64,000 nucleotides of DNA from Pocillopora damicornis. Its lineage: Eukaryota. The notes under the pieces were generated by a model. That model was given only the letters and a program-made list of their open reading frames with translations. It had not been told where the DNA came from and ran no database searches. Position 1 is the first letter of the stretch. Each line of letters starts with the position of its first letter. The DNA lies in assembly GCF_003704095.1 (NCBI RefSeq), contig NW_020844152.1, positions 682,001 through 746,000 on the forward strand, read 5' to 3'. Of the stretch, positions 63,001 through 64,000 are shown piece after piece. A program made the position numbers and the translations under genes.

Positions 63001-64000
63001 TTTGCAAGAGGTACGTTAGTTCTCTGAAGAGTTTAGTAATGACCACTGTGAACAACATATGGGTCTTCTGTTGCGGCCAAAATGCTCCGTATGGCAATAA
63101 TTGATCATGGAGAGGCCAAGAGCTTTTATCTCTTCGAGAGATCATTATTTGGCTTTTTCCAGAAAAAGCAAAAAAGGAAATCTTGTATCCCATAGTTGCT
63201 TTAGACTACGAGCAGCAACAAGGACCTGCCTGTACACTAGCCTCGCAGAGTCACTCGGGGACTACAATGTGATTCTATCAGCAATTGTCATAAATCATAT
63301 GATCAGTTTTCTTGATAAAGAGGGCAAAGTGTACCCTGGACCTAGCACTACCCTTTCCCAACTTTAACACTTTGCTGGGGCCTGTTTCTCTAAAGACCCG
63401 GTTTCTTAACAGGCTCAAAAAGGTTTTTTCGTTATATTTCTACATTTCACTCAAGATCGAGACTTTTACAGACTTGAGATTCAAAGAAATAAAGATATCA
63501 GGAAAAGACACAGGATGGATTGGTCTTTGAGTGAAGACTTGCATTAGTATGCCGCAGTATTAGATCTAGAAATATCAAATCGGTCCTGAAAAGTTTCTGC
63601 GGCTTAACAGAAACGGGCCCCTGGATTTGTGTGTGGTCTGTGAAAGTCTTTGCCTACCCATTCCTGCAAGACCTTTTGAAAATCCTACAGTGGTTGTATC
63701 ATCACCAGTGAATGCTGCTTCAAAGTCCTTCTCTGTCTTATCCATCTCCTGGCGCGGCCCCAAGGTTAAGTCACGTTCTGAATCAAGCGGGCCGCAGAAC
63801 ATATCTCCAACAACCATTAACGCTTGTTTAGTGAAAACAGTTGGCGAAGGACCAGCCAGATTGGAGCTGTTGAAGCTACAAGACCTGTTCACATCCGGTG
63901 TGACTGGTTGGAAAGCTGATTTTCGGTACATGGACTGTGAATCACTTGCCAGGGTGGAGCCAGGAGGCTTTGAAGAGGTCTGCTCATGGTTGGTTGAATT
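57036..64000 (-). CDS. BUB1: Mitotic checkpoint kinase BUB1 / MadBub, 3' part; the gene begins beyond the right edge
   Basis: Exons >64000-63658, 62925-62817, 62507-61732, 61196-61063, 60503-60417, ~59857-59767, 59333-59179, 59028-58872, 58061-57952 and 57204-57036. Contains the CD1 motif PSPTVFTKQALMVVGDMF, ABBA-like FVIYDE, a KEN box, and the kinase motifs IGSGAFAKVF, VVLK, WEFYV, HGDIKPDNFL and LKLIDFGRSVDM. Confidence 0.93.

Overview
AT-rich, intron-containing animal DNA, not prokaryotic. The gene set and repeat landscape suggest a cnidarian, probably a scleractinian coral (inference only). Exons were reconstructed by hand from GT-AG sites, and reading frames were checked by summing exon lengths. 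Genes from left to right: (1) a minus-strand protein with a signal peptide and at least 6 Ig domains, running off the left edge; (2) an intronless CHST-type carbohydrate 6-O-sulfotransferase; (3) a secreted, probably GPI-anchored protein made of two tandem Spondin_N domains; (4) a DPF/Requiem (d4) zinc-finger gene; (5) NPC2, head-to-head with (6) a SID-1/SIDT-family gene whose CDS is a single exon; (7) BABAM2 (BRE), head-to-head with (8) TRMT5, with only 86 bp between the start codons; (9) a second intronless CHST paralogue; (10) the 3' part of BUB1/MadBub, running off the right edge. The main mobile-DNA feature is a 2.7-kb element at 53519-56254 with AGTAGT...ACTACT termini, a perfect 6-bp target-site duplication (ATTGGT), inverted arms built of ~120-bp tandem units and a frameshifted GRF-type zinc-finger gene. 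This pattern fits a non-autonomous Polinton/Maverick derivative. The window also holds many TTAA-flanked piggyBac-type MITEs (one nested in another), palindromic repeats with degenerate minimal hammerhead ribozyme motifs, tRNA-derived SINEs, a 138-bp minisatellite and two assembly gaps.
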